A stretch of 64,000 bases of DNA, taken from assembly GCA_965153455.1 (NCBI GenBank), contig OZ234494.1, positions 9,114,001 to 9,178,000 of the forward strand. Reading direction: 5' to 3'. Within the stretch, counting starts at the first letter, position 1; the number at the start of each line of letters is the position of its first letter. This DNA is from Sphagnum compactum (Eukaryota). The translations under genes and the position numbers were made by a program. The notes beneath the pieces are model-generated. The model was not told where the DNA came from. It saw only the letters and a list, made by a program, of their open reading frames with translations, and searched no databases. This document shows, piece after piece, positions 50,732-64,000 of this stretch.

Positions 50732-51118
50732 CAGTAGATTACACAATATTGTAACCCCCTGTCCCAGTATATTCCGCGATATTATTGTAAACCCTCTGTC
50801 GCAGTAGATTCCGCAATATTATTGTAACCCCCTGTCCCAGTAGATTCCGTGATATTATTGTAAACCCCCTGTCCCAGTAGATTCCGCAATATTATAGTAA
50901 CCCCCCTGTCCCAGTAGATTCCGCGATATTATTGTAAACCCCCTGTCCCAGTAGATTCCGCATTATTATTCCAACCCCCTGTGCCAGTAGAATTACACAA
51001 TACTGTAACCCCACTGTCCCAGTAGATTACGCAATGATGTAACCCCCTGGTACCAGTAGATTATGCAATATTGTAACCCCCTGTCCCAGTTAGATTACAC
51101 AATATTGTAACCCCCGCA
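50732..51118. repeat. Minisatellite, 11 units of 33-37 bp
   Basis: Consensus CAGTAGATT(C/A)C(G/A)C(A/G)ATATT(ATT)GTAA(A)CCCCCTGTCC, head-to-tail without spacers. Confidence 0.95.
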
Positions 51119-51378
51119 CCAGGCTGGTCAGTGAGTTTCGATCGTTTCAGTCTTTTCAAAAAATCCTTAGTATTCTTCACACTCGGTAAGCCCCTTTGTT
51201 TCAAGGATTACTGTAATGAGGCAAAACACTCAAGAAAAGATGGGAGGACCCAGCAAATTCTGCTTTAGAATGTGCCATCCAAATACAATAGGAAATTTTT
51301 GGCAGGTCTTTCCGTGTAAAATGAAAGGCAGGGTGCAAAGGGCGTTTTGTGTAGGGTTTAAAAGCCCATGGAATTTGG

Positions 51379-51734
51379 GGACACAGGGAACCAGCACCCA
51401 CCAGTGCACCATCCACTGGATGCACATCATTACTCAGTTGTGGATGAACCTCAACTTGAGTTAACATTTGGTTTCATCTTGGTAATCAATTCTGTAGGGA
51501 AATAGGTAACTGCTAGGTAAGTATATGGTTTATACATAGGTAATGGCTGTTTTTACTGCCTACCTACTAACAACCTGCTTATGAGTTGTTAGTAGGTAGG
51601 TAGGAAAATAACCGCAACTGAGCTAACCACCATGGTTAATTAACTAGGGAACTGGAACCCAACAGAAAACTGTTTCCTAACCACTTACCATTCATCCTTC
51701 ATGGTGCGTTGGTGGGTGCTGGTTCACTGTGGCC
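51379..51734. mobile_element. Mutator-like MITE with 34-bp TIRs and a near-perfect 9-bp TSD
   Basis: Left GGACACAGGGAACCAGCACCCACCAGTGCACCAT versus reverse complement of the right end GGCCACAGTGAACCAGCACCCACCAACGCACCAT; flanks GGAATTTGG / GAAATTTGG. Confidence 0.8.
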
Positions 51735-54700
51735 GAAATTTGGCAACTATTTCGTGAGAAAAAGGGAATTAGTGTCCCATTTTGGCAATTTTTCTCAACC
51801 AAAAAAAACGATTGATTAAATAGATTTGAGCATGCATGTGATGGACATGGGCATGCATCAATTGGGATGTGGGAATGAGCTAGATGTTAAGGCAATGGAC
51901 AACCAAGTAAGGGAGGTCCAAGGGCACAATGGCAAGGAATGTAAATGCATTTGCCAACCAACTTAACCAATTTTGTAATTACCTTGGAAATCAAGATATG
52001 AGTTATTAATTTAGTTTACCGAACCTAAATAAAACCTCGATCTAATTGTAGCAAAACATGTATTTGAAAACAAAAAAAACACATGCTTTCCTCAACACAT
52101 GGTATTGATATTCATGTAAATACTTTGACACTTGAAGTTATGGCTAATATCTATGCCATACATTCTCTTTAAAGAATTTTATGGGACACAAATCATCCAT
52201 TGACTCATGTGTTTTGATGACAAGGAAATGAATTTATTAACTGTGGAATATTAGATGCATTATGGGATGAGAGACCTTTTCTTGGGATGAAAATGTCAAC
52301 ACTTTTTGGATGGACATGCCCATCATCAAACATTTTTACATCACCAAATGTCTTAGTAGTGCATTTGCAAGTTCATGGGCACCCCATTCATCACTAGCAA
52401 ACACAATCTTGAAAATTTCTGTGATTGAACATCAAATCTAGGGCACCACCTAGCCATGACACTTACATGTGACGTATGTCCTAAACATTTAAGAGAAAAA
52501 AATTCGTGGAAAATTAGTTGCATGTCAATGGATCTAAACCTACGTTATTTATATGAAGCATTTTATATAAAGATTTATTCAACAACTAAATGTTGGCATG
52601 TTACCACCATCATCAAACCTCAAATGATGCCATGCACACATGTTTTTCTTTCTTTTTTTCACAAAATTGTAAAACATGAAAACAAATTTCATTTTGGTTT
52701 TGAATCTTGTGACTATAAGATGATAGAGGAAAGTCGGGAAATGAAGTTGGGTGCAAGCAAAATCCAAGAAGGAAATTCAAAATTTTGAAAGTCACATCAT
52801 ACCTCCACCAAAAAATACTCAAACAACATATATTTAAATAGATTTTGATCATTTTATGTGCTTTTAAAATTATGAACTACTAATAATTGTTGAATCTTGG
52901 TATAATGACAAATATCAGCCTTTCATGTTTCATTGGATTTTATACGATTTTGACATTTTCATTAGGTATTTAATTCACTTGTGATTATGAATGAGTAGGG
53001 CTTTTGGCATCTTATGCCCCTAGTGTCCTACCTCCTTAGTGTGGCCTTTGTAACTTGTCTTTGGAATTGATAGCAATGAACATTTTGTTTGTGAATGGTT
53101 GTGTCATTATTCATTTAACCATGTGCATGGAAGGAAAGTGCAGCCATCCAACTACCCAACAAATATGTCAAATCCATCTATTCAAAAAATTGAATTAATC
53201 ATGTTACATTATGAAAAAGTGTGTCTACATAAACTTCAATGCTCTGCAACTAGGTGTTTGAGGCAACTAATGTGCAACTATGTTACAACTATTTCATGGA
53301 AATACGAGGAATTAAAAATTAAAATGCCATGTTAAAAATTCACAAAGTTTGATTGTAGTTGTATGTTAGTTGCAAGATGGATTTTTATATAAGATCTTCA
53401 AGTCACATCAATCTTTTGTGATCACAATGATCCACCCATCTATAACGAATAGTTTTCAAAGGTCTCTACTATGCACTATCAAACAACCATCGAATTGTGT
53501 CACTTTGATGAAGAGCACAACATTCCTCCCCAAGCATCCCCAACAAAATGCAAAGGCTTCAAAAACCAACATTACAAGTGGAATTCTAAATAAACTTGAA
53601 TTCCCTATACCCATTACTTTAATTTTTTTCTCCAAGTGTCTACATGCCCAATGTAAAACAATGAAAGCAACATGAGGAAAATAAATTAATTAATAACACA
53701 AAGCTTTGAAAAGAAGATTGAAAAATGATGAAAATATTATACATTCAAATGCAGATTTCATAAACCTTAATGAAGATAATGCACATAAATCAAATCCATT
53801 TCAAAAGAATAAAAGGAAGAGGAAAGGAATGCAAAAGCAACAAACAACAATTGTGATGTGAACCTACAAAAACAAATCTACACATACACCACCAAGATGA
53901 AGAAAAAAAAGCCAAAAGAAAATAGTCTTGTTTACAAGGAAAATTGATAAGTTTCTCAATGCAATGTAAAAAAACAAAACAAAATGAAAGAACACCAAGC
54001 CTTGAACAAATTGCATCATAAAATAAAATTATTATCTATGAGGGAAAAAAATTCTCTCTTTGCAAAATTCCACATGAACAATTGTCATGAAACTCCAAAT
54101 GAACAATAAAATAGAACACTAAAGTACAAAAAAATGCAATGACCTCAACAATAAAAAAGATGATTTCTATATAATATAAGGAAAAAAGGAAAATTCTTTC
54201 AATGCATCACCAACAAACGAACATCACTATGAAGCTTTAAACAATAGTTGCAAACATCACCATGAAATTCCAAGATGAAGACTTGCACACAAAACACAAC
54301 ACAAAAACAACAAGAAAAAATTAATTTAAAAATGAAAAAAATGAAGGGAAAGAGGATTGTTTAACTTTCACTCAAATATGGACACCTCTCCAACTTTCAA
54401 GAATGATGCTGCAATGGTAGCTACCACCCACCATTTGGTGTGAACATAATACATGAAGGTAATGAAAAAGTTTGTTAGTTTAATGATGGCAAACACTAAA
54501 AACAAAACCTTAATCCATTGTTAAATCATTATCATACCTATGGTTGATGTTCAACACAAAATAATTCACAAAAGTTCTAATTGAAAAAAATAAAAATAAA
54601 ATCAATATATGATACAATTGTTGTCAAAATAGTTGAAAATCAAATTCCCAATTTGTCTTATCCATCAGGTTACTATTACAAATACATAATCACAAAGTGT

Positions 54701-57700
54701 ATTTTACATATTTATTCATCAACTATCACGGGCATAAAAAACTACAAGAATAAGAACTAAGCTAAAGACACAACAAGGAAAAACAATCATAAAAAATGCA
54801 AACCTAAATCTAATCCAAGATTGGGATCACAAAAACGTAAGGCAAAAACACAATATACACTAAAACATGATTCCAACATAACTTTATTCTAATAATGTAT
54901 GAAAACAAAGGTGGTGACAGGAAAGCGTACCCAAAATTGATGTTAAAAATATTGGAGGTAATGGGAGATCCTACCCCTATTTATACCCCATTGGGGACTT
55001 AGTTTTAAAAAGTTTTCATACAGGCTTCCATGTGTGTTCCAACCAAGGAAGTTTTTGAAAAAATTTCTAATTAATAATGAACTAAAGGTTAACTAATAGT
55101 TAACGATGATGCAGGTGATGATGTAGGTGATGATGTAGACAATTATGTTGATGCAAGCAATGATGTAAGCAATGATACAGGTGACTATGTTGGTACCAAC
55201 GATGACATAAACAATGATGCACGTGTAAGCGATGATGCAAGCAATGGATGATGGTAATGTCCGTGACATTAACTCTAAATTTTTTATAAAATTATATTTG
55301 AAATTGAATTTTTTAAGTAAATAGATATTTCAAAAATGTTGATTATTGGTCATATGTATAACATTAATATTTATGAATTAAACACCATGTACAACATACA
55401 CTTATTTAACCATCAATGGGATTAAGCTTCATTTTAAACATAACATCTAATAATTGTGATGATTTAATGGCCTATGTAATGTTAATGCAATTGAACGAAT
55501 ATTGAATTTAGTCAAAATGATTAACTAAAGCCCTATTGAAAAAATAATTAATAGGTCAATTGGATGACCAAGTTTAAAATTTAAGTTCACCAAATATTTT
55601 ATATTTTTCCCAATTCAAAATTTAAACTTGTTCTATATGGTTGTCTAATTTTTTCAATTATTTTTTATTCTTATTTATTTTAAAATCCAAATCAAAGAAC
55701 CTCTCATTCCAATTTTATGAAAGTTTTTAGAATGAAAAAACCTCTTATTTCTAGTTTTATGAAAAAATCAAATCAAATTTAACTTTTTGTTGTGGTTTGT
55801 TTTCCAAAAAAATTCAAAGAACCAATGGTTTTCACAAAATAACAAATAAGTCAATAAAAGGTTTTTTTTTCAATATATTAGTTTCTTAAAACTATGATTA
55901 TATATCAAAATAATTTTTCATATTTTTGAAAAATATGTTTATATTTCAAAATGAAATATTTGACCTTTTTGACAACCATGGTTACATATCTTTGATAATC
56001 ACACTAGTTATCAATTTTTTTAAATGTGTAAAATTAGTCCATATATCCAAATTTCACAATGTCCATTGTTTATAAATGCATAAAATTAATCCAAATATCC
56101 AAATTTCACAATGTCCATTTCATCCCATGTCCAACACTACATTATATTACTAAATGAATGTTTTGTTAATTTTGCACAACCTTACTCAAATTTAATCCAC
56201 TATTTGATTATGTTGCCATGTTTCAACAACTTTGTCCTTCTTCCCAACACACAACTTTATTTTGAACATGCACCATCTATTCAACTTTCCCCTTCCTCCT
56301 TCTTTCCATTCACAAAAACAACCCATTAAGGTAGGTGAATGAGTCTTGCCTACTTCCTACCCAAGTCGTTATCACAACCAATTCAAATTTTCCCAATGAA
56401 TTTTCTACCCCATTGACTTTCCTACCTACCTTTTAAACTTATGGCAACATCTCCTCGATTAAGTAAAATAGTTTGACAAGTCAACTAACCATTTAACACT
56501 CCTTAAAATAGTGGAAATAAAATCAACTAAACCTTTTAAAACAATGGATCAAGTAGGAGGCTTACATAACCACTCCTACCTACCATTGGTAATTTTGGGT
56601 TATTGTATTACTACAATAAATAATAGAAACCAACCAAAGGTTTGATAATTTTGTCTTAACATTCATATTTCATGTTGATAAATGTTCTTGCTCCATTGAA
56701 AAAATCACAATTGGCAATTGCTACAACATGCTTATAAGCCAACTATGAAAAGTTGATAAGAATGTGATTGCAATTTTTAATTGTGAATATGCACTATGAC
56801 CTTGTAGACATTTTTTATTTTTAAAAATGTAGATATGGTAAAACACACCATTCATTTTGGCAAAATGGCAAGCATAATGAATAATGGCATTAAGATTATC
56901 AAATGTTTCAATCAAATATAAAACTTAATTTTTCCAAGTAAACAAAAAGGTTAAGATTGTTGCAACAGAGGATTGTGTTTTCCAATCTTCATAATTTACC
57001 CATATTATCCCATCTTCATAATAGTATTGATATTGTCATGTCTATGTGAAAAACATGCATGAGGACCAAACAAAGCACCTCAACATCCTACATTAGTAAT
57101 GAAGGTAGAATTTTCATTTTTTGGTTCCAAAGTAAGGTAATGTTCCTCTCCATTTGGTTGGGTGGGCATTGGCAATTAGGGCCATGGCTTTAAAGCATGA
57201 ATATTATCTTTTTTGAGCTGACTGATTTAATTGTGTAGAGTATTATATCCCTCACCAAAGAAATTGATAATGTGATTTACATACCTTCATTTGGTAATCT
57301 TATTTTTGTTCACAATGCAATCATCATAGATGGTGTGTTTGGTTTATGTTTAGTATGTGTGTAAACATATGTTGTGTGTGAACAAATTTATTGTCTTCTA
57401 TATTGGGATGCAACAAAATTTATTATTTTGGGGCATGTTCACACCAGAAGGAATGTGTAACCACAATTTAGGTTTACATGATTACAATCATGTTTTAATT
57501 TCAAGTTTCATGAATGCTTGACAAATTTATCCACGAACATTTTTAGTATATCAATGTAAGATTTGAATAAATTTGAAAATAATTTAATGGATATGAAATA
57601 TCAAAAACACTTTTAAAACATTGTAACCAATGTTTTAAAATATCATTTTAACATTATTTTAACATTTTTCGATCAATCTATATTGTCACCTCAACTTATC

Positions 57701-59589
57701 AGGTTTACCTATCAAGACAAATGCACCATTGGCTCCTTTTATCTTGAATGTACCTTTTGTTATCAATTGTGATTTATTACTTTGTTGTTGGTTGTCCATT
57801 TGGATTTTTTCTTTGCAATTTCATACATGTGTATTATATTAGTTACATAAGGTATTATAAGTCTTTAACATGGGGCATACGCTGGTGGCATGCAAAATAA
57901 TATCATTAAGGTACTTTCAACCTTTATGAAATTGGTAATAACATTGTTTTCGAAAGAAGAAGATGAGACGATGTGGTTGGGGAAATGGTCATTTGTTGTT
58001 CCTTGGGATGGTTATTGCAACATTGATGTTTCGATTCCTACAAGTTACATGTTTAATAACATTCATGGATATATGACATGGCAAAGGTCCTTCAAACCAG
58101 AAAACCATTGTATGTTTTTGTTAAGAAATAGTTGGCCCCATAAAAAACCTCCACATCTAGAATTTGAAAAAACCAAAATTGGACAAGTTTTTTCATTCCC
58201 AAAATTTTCAAAAAATCAAAACTTGAGGTTTCTTTTCTTTTCACATTTTCAAAAATAAATATGAGATTATTAAAAAATCAAACAAATGCACAACTAATAT
58301 AATCTTCTATGAAGCATGTTGGGAAATTGTTTATGTGATGATTGTTTTTTTTTTGGTTGGGCATACACAACACATCACTACTTTTTTCAAATAAGTTTTA
58401 AAATATTACACATGTGAGGAAATGCAAATTCCATACCCAACCCCTTATGCATTAAGGAGTGGGTTAGATGATCAATTATGTACCTATGATTGAATTTTGG
58501 CACAAAATAATTTATAAAACTTCTAGCGGAAAAATGAGAAATTAAAATTTGAAATTTCCAAACCTCATTTTTAAAATAAATAAATATTCAATAAAAACAT
58601 ACCATACCATTGGTATGTCATTGAAGCTTACAAGTATGCCTTACTTGAAGGCTTAAATATATAATCCTTCAAAATGGATATATCATATAATCCTTCTAAG
58701 ATGTGGCAAAAAATAATTTAATGCTTCAAACCAGAAAAGAAAATAATCGAATCAAAATTCCATTCCAACGACACCTTAAAAAATGGTTTGTTCAATATAC
58801 TACAAATATATAAATTTAGTGTAAATAAGGTCACCTACTCTTCCCTCACCTTACATCTTTGGGTTCAAGTGGTTTCAACTCTCAAATGTTTTTAGCCCAT
58901 CACCCCACCTTCAATCCTCTCTTCCTCCTCCCCTCCAAAATTACCAATTACTTAAGCAAGAAAAATATTGCTTGAAAGAAAAAGCTAACGAAGAGAAAAT
59001 TGTAACCATCTTATAATGAACTCCAAGTGGTATTTTCATCCCTTTTTTCAACCTTCTTCATCATAATCGTGAGATTAATTTCAATGTGGGTTTTAACATG
59101 AATGAAAGTAACAATGACCAATTGACAACTCTAGAGATGAAGAACATTACAACATACCCAATACTTATGTCTAATGAAAGTTGTAACACATAACTATTCA
59201 AATAGAAAGCTATTTGTTTTTCAAAATTCAATGGGAAATGGGAGACTAGAGAATGCAAAGTGCAACAAATATGTTTAGGATTTAAACCTTAGTAACTTAC
59301 TTAAATAAAAATTCCAAAAATTGAAGTAAATTCTTAAATTTTGACAAACTGATATTTAATCCATAAAGGTTCTAGCCAATTTTGTGAACGCTATTTACCA
59401 AGCAAGTAGATTCTCTAATCAAATTTTGACAAGTTTAAGAATCAACATGTGAATTATCAATATGATAATTGTCTATTTTCTCAATATTAACTAGCCAACA
59501 TAGTTATTAAATAATCAAGGAACTCCCCAACTTTGATTTTTTTTTCTTTCTCTTCGTTGAAACACAACACAAATTGGAACCTAACAAGA

Positions 59590-59792
59590 AGTGAGCACCC
59601 CCGAGTCAAGCTCATTGACAAAGGGCCAACAAGAGTTTCACCTACACACCACTAAGTTTCAGCACCCCCAAGTCCAACTCATTGACAAAGGGTTAGCAAG
59701 AGTTTCACCTTCACACCACTGAGTTTGAAACTAGGACCTTTTGTGATCCTAGAGTCCCAAAAGGAGCTATATTAGTGAGCCACCACCCCTAG
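59590..59792 (-). mobile_element. Possible tRNA-derived SINE remnant with a duplicated ~66-bp block
   Basis: Minus strand GGTGGCTCACT (A-box-like) ... GGTCCTAGTTTCAAACTC (B-box-like), followed by two copies of a block (plus strand AGCACCCCC..CTCATTGACAAAGGG..CAAGAGTTTCACCT.CACACCACT). Confidence 0.35.
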
Positions 59793-62700
59793 GGTTTGCA
59801 ACTTTGGTTTTTACCACACTAATGTTGTGGTTATTTGCAAAAGGCCAACCTTGCTCGTCAACATTACAACATATTTGCAAGTAAGTCTCTAAAGATAACC
59901 TAACAAGGAGGAGCTCATCTTGTAATGACTCTACCCTTTATGGCAAGTTCAAACTTCAAACGAAAAGCTTCCCTTACTTGATTTAGAATTCTCATCTAGA
60001 TGTATGCACTTCTAGGAAAGATGCCCATGAATCATATAATATGCACACATACTACTCCAAATGTCACTCACACATTGGATCAAGTTGAAACCAAAACTTT
60101 ATGCCGGATTCCTACACTAATGAGTAGTCTCTCTCATATGGAAAGAGCCAACAACAAATGCCAAAGCAAGCCTGCTAGTCAACGCAAGGCCTGCTTGCAA
60201 GTAAGGCTCTTTCAGTATATCCCAACAACAAAAAGCCAAAGCAACAAAAGAGTGAACTCTGTAATAAACAAGAACATGTCGGAAAAGCATTAAATGGAAT
60301 CAGCTGATTTCTTAATTCAAAGCCAACAGATGGATGTCAAGAAATGGGGCTTCTGAATTGGCATTGTGGGTGGTGAAAATGAATGAGAGAGAGAGAGAGA
60401 GGATGCGCAGAGAGGATCGCCATTGATTGATGATGAACCCACCACCGGCCCAGCCAGGAGCAGCGAGTCAGACAGATCAAATGCTGTGGCTTTTCAATCA
60501 TTTGGGAGATCGCACATAATTCCTTTGGCTTTGCATCCAGGAGCCTGGTTTGTTCTTTAGCAATATGCATTGCTAAAAAACCTTCAGTGCTTCCAGATTT
60601 TCCTGCACACAAAACAGTCATAATTACTTCTGTCAGGAGCTAATTGCTACTCTTACTACCTCCACTTATTATTAGCTTATCTGAAGATCTCACATCCTGT
60701 CTCAAAATCTCTTTATAGTCTTCCAAGGGGGAGATCCGATCTGGAAGTCTTCTGTGATTTTACTTGCTCTACAGTTAGGAGACCATAGCTCCATTCTTCA
60801 TCTTTGATCCTAAACCTTTAAAACTCTAAAACCCCAACCTTGAGCTAAGAATCATGAATTCTCAAGCACTTGATATGTCACATCACAGGTTCATTCAGCA
60901 GCTGATGGATATTTGTCGTGGTCATCGCCATCAAATGCCTTGGAAAAAGAACTGCCAAGAGATCCAGCCTGGGTCTGATGAGGAACAGGTAGCCTACTGG
61001 GTTTTGCATGTTAGGACTCATGGGTTAGGGCCAATGGTGTCAGCTCCAGATAGTAAAAATCAAGCTAGAATTGTAGAACAAGGATTGAAACTAGATTATT
61101 TTAAGAACTGGACCTGGAACCAGGTTCCTGGTTCTATTTATGTCTGCAACTGCAATTGAGATGTTTGGAAAAAAAAGAGAGACTAGAACCAGGGGGTAAC
61201 CGGAGGTTAACTGGCAATTAATCATCGAGTTGACGGTCAGTTCCAGTCCAGATTACCTAACACAGAACCAGAGCTGGAACTGGATTCTCAGTTTCAGTTA
61301 TGTGGGGGGAACCAAAACCATTCTAATTTGTTTTTTAGAATCAGAACTGGATTTTTTCATAAAAGTAAAGAACTGCCCAATACTCGTCTTATGTCTAATC
61401 CTTCCAACTCATGGCAAAGATATTCATTAGTTCTTCAAACCAAAAAACTGCAAAAATCAAATGAATTCTTCAACCTGAACTTGCGCACTTCGTTTTTAAA
61501 AATTGGATTCTGTTAAAAAAAAACACTCCTAATTCAAAACAAATCCTCATCAGTCTCCAAATTTTGTAGTCAAAACTTTTCTTCTCATGCAAAGGCAAGG
61601 TTAAATCCTTCAGTTTAAGGGCACAGTTGACAGTAGCCCTTCAAACTTAAGGCCTGTTGACAACCCTACACCTTAAAAGTTCTGGGAGCACCATCTTTCC
61701 TAGTCAAGGATTTTTTTTTGTCTCTTCCTGTTTAGGAGGTGTAAAGGCTTTCCTTGCTAAATTTGTCTCTCCTCTTGTGCTCCTCTCTTTCCTGCTTTGA
61801 TTGAGTAGATTCCTATCCACATTAAGATCTGGTGCGACAGATTATGTCATTTTCGTGACATAGTCTTCTGGTGATGATCATACACTTTAATAGCGTACAA
61901 AATCTCTCTGTCGAACATGAATTTCCAAAAATTTGTTGAATCTCCCACCCTGGACCTGATTGTCATGAAATCGCTTCGCCCTTGCCTATTATGTTGGGTA
62001 CATCACTTAGAGCATCTCTGGTGGTGCTCAGTATGTGATACTGCACAGTAAAATTGGATGAAGAAAAGTCAAATAATGCTGGCTTGGCTGAGGAAAATGG
62101 TTTTGGCTCAGCATAATTTCACTATTTGCTGTGGCTGGTAAATGGCACAGCACCATTGTGCACCTTCAGAAAAGAGTGTAATTAATATGATCTGACTGAT
62201 GCTCAGTGTTTCTGATTGGCTCATCATAATGATTGGTCCAGGTGGTTTGCTATTAGTAGTCCCCCACCTATTTGCTATCCTAGTTTCAGGTTTATGGGTG
62301 GGACTGCAAAAAAGTATATAACTAAACTTGGATGTGAAAAACATTTTTGCAGGGTCACATACTGAGCACCGCTGGAGATCCACTTAGCTCGCCCTAATGG
62401 GATCACCTGGCACCTTACCCACAAGAGCTTAACCATACCATAGTACATGATTGTCAATCAATTGGTTTGTCTCGAAGTTCTCCATGCACCACCCTTCTCA
62501 AGTTCTGCCTGCAAAGAGAACATGGGAGGTAAAGGGCGAGAGTGAAACCAACACCAGATAATGCACCATGCAAATTGGATGATGGTATGTAAACAGAAAA
62601 CTTTTTTCTTATTATGTTCTTGTACTGTAACTAACCACAGTGGTCACCTAATAACTATCCACAAAAAGCACATCCACCTACCTAGTAATCACCAAGTGTC

Positions 62701-63275
62701 TTGCCTACTTACATATATACATAGAAATACTTATATTAAAGTTATCGGTAAAGTCAGGAAACGACGACACCAGGACCCCTATTTGGTCACATAGGGGATG
62801 ATGAGATTTCAAAAAACAGGGGAAAAAAGGACACTGGGCTTCAACCAATCACTGCTGCTGCTATGTGTACTGTAACGATAAATGTTCTCGAGCCTCGTGC
62901 ATTTAATCTTGAGTCTGAGAATTTCATACCCTTATTTAGAAAAATTTCATGACTTTGCCGATAACAGACAGGAGGCAACGAAGCATCAAAATGAGGGACA
63001 CAACAACTTTATGAGACTTTATGGAATAACTCTATTACCTACTTACTTATCTAAGATACTAACCCAAGAGACTGCCTCCTAGTTAGGCCCATCCTTGCCA
63101 TTAGTGACACAAAACCATCAAGTCTCATCCCTGGCTGTTGTCACCCAGTATTCTCTGCGGCTCGCCGCAGGCTCGCCGCGCCCCCGGTGCTTTGGACACG
63201 TATCAGAGAGGCGCTTGTTTCCTTTGTCCGAATGCTACTTTTTTTAAGTTAATTCTTGAGCGCTTTCTCTTGCTA

Positions 63276-64000
63276 ATGATGGATCTATGCCCTGATGCTG
63301 CAGATCAACAGAACTCGAAGCTCAATGAGTTCGTTCTGGTCTCTAGGAGGATCAGGAAGGCGGGGCTTGGTACTCACGCTTCCTCTCCAACGGACAGAAA
63401 AAGCTCACCGACTGCCAACGGCTCTTTTGTTTTTGCATCGCCAGAGTATCGCGAAGCTCCTTCCAAGCTCATCTCCCCCTTCTCTGGGGATGCGATCGGC
63501 AAGGAAGGAAAAATCGCGAGCTCAGTTCAGGCGTTTTCGGTTGTTTCCCAGGATCTTTCGAGGCTCCAGCTGCAAGGCAAGGAGGCGCAAGCTTCCCCGG
63601 CCAGGAGCGATGGCGATGGCGAACCTCGAGGAGATCCTCTTCAACGGTCGGCTACGCCATTCGCGCCTCTGGAGGTCGCGACAAAAATCCGAGAGAGCAA
63701 ACCCGAAAGCTCGGGCGTTTTGCGCACCCATCAGGTACCTCCGAAAGGAGATTCTTCCCTTCCCCACAAGTCAGATTTTGCTTCTGTACCTGCAGGTCTC
63801 GGAAGAAGCTCGGAGGGCTCGGAGACTACCGCTGCCAGGCAAACGGAAAGGAACGACCTCTCCGCCGCCAGGGCAAAAGCTCCGAAAGCAAGGAACTCGC
63901 AACGGAAGAATTCGAGCAACTCAGTGATCACCCCCTTGCCCCACTCTCTGATCGTGCAGCCAGGCACCGGGACAGGTGCCGCCTCCCCCGAGGGGGAGGC
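63276..64000 (+). other. GC-rich uninterrupted ORF (at least 241 codons) running off the window; possibly LINE ORF1 or a first exon
   Basis: ATG at 63276 (MMDLCPDAADQQNSKLNEFVLVSRRIRKAG...) has no stop up to 64000; abrupt switch to CpG-rich sequence near 63150. No conserved domain is visible yet. Confidence 0.45.

Noticed and set aside
50732-51118. CRISPR-like array (unit length 33-37 bp, internal palindrome)
   Set aside because: Units are contiguous with no unique spacers, there are no cas genes, and the context is eukaryotic; it is a minisatellite.
52000-59500. Short ORFs in the AT-rich block
   Set aside because: No recognisable motifs; consistent with heavily decayed repeats that I cannot classify.
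63295-63927. 210-aa Arg-rich ORF as the real product
   Set aside because: Its Arg/Leu/Ser-rich composition is typical of a shadow frame in GC-rich DNA; the overlapping frame from 63276 is longer and more plausible.

Overview
Intron-rich land-plant nuclear DNA. The style (AAACCCT tracts scattered through introns, very AT-rich decayed transposons) suggests a moss such as Sphagnum, but this is inference. I reconstructed five protein-coding loci by hand from splice sites and reading-frame phase. (1) The 3' end of an ANP32-related acidic protein (+). (2) NRPA2, the RNA polymerase I second-largest subunit (-, about 27 exons), whose first intron is a U12-type AT-AC intron. (3) An RlmN-like radical-SAM RNA methyltransferase (+, 11 exons), head-to-head with NRPA2 across a short promoter with duplicated site-II/telo-box motifs. 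(4) A 5-exon gene of about 1084 aa in which four small exons, largely missed by the ORF track, encode a divergent C2 domain spliced to a 933-aa low-complexity, Tyr/Gly-rich repeat tail (+). (5) A SINE1-like ARM-repeat KASH protein ending in LVPT (-, about 1004 aa). Intergenic space holds decayed Ty1/copia and hAT elements, a Mutator-like MITE family, minisatellites, and a GC-rich ORF running off the right edge (possibly LINE ORF1). No database searches were run; family calls rest on recognised motifs.
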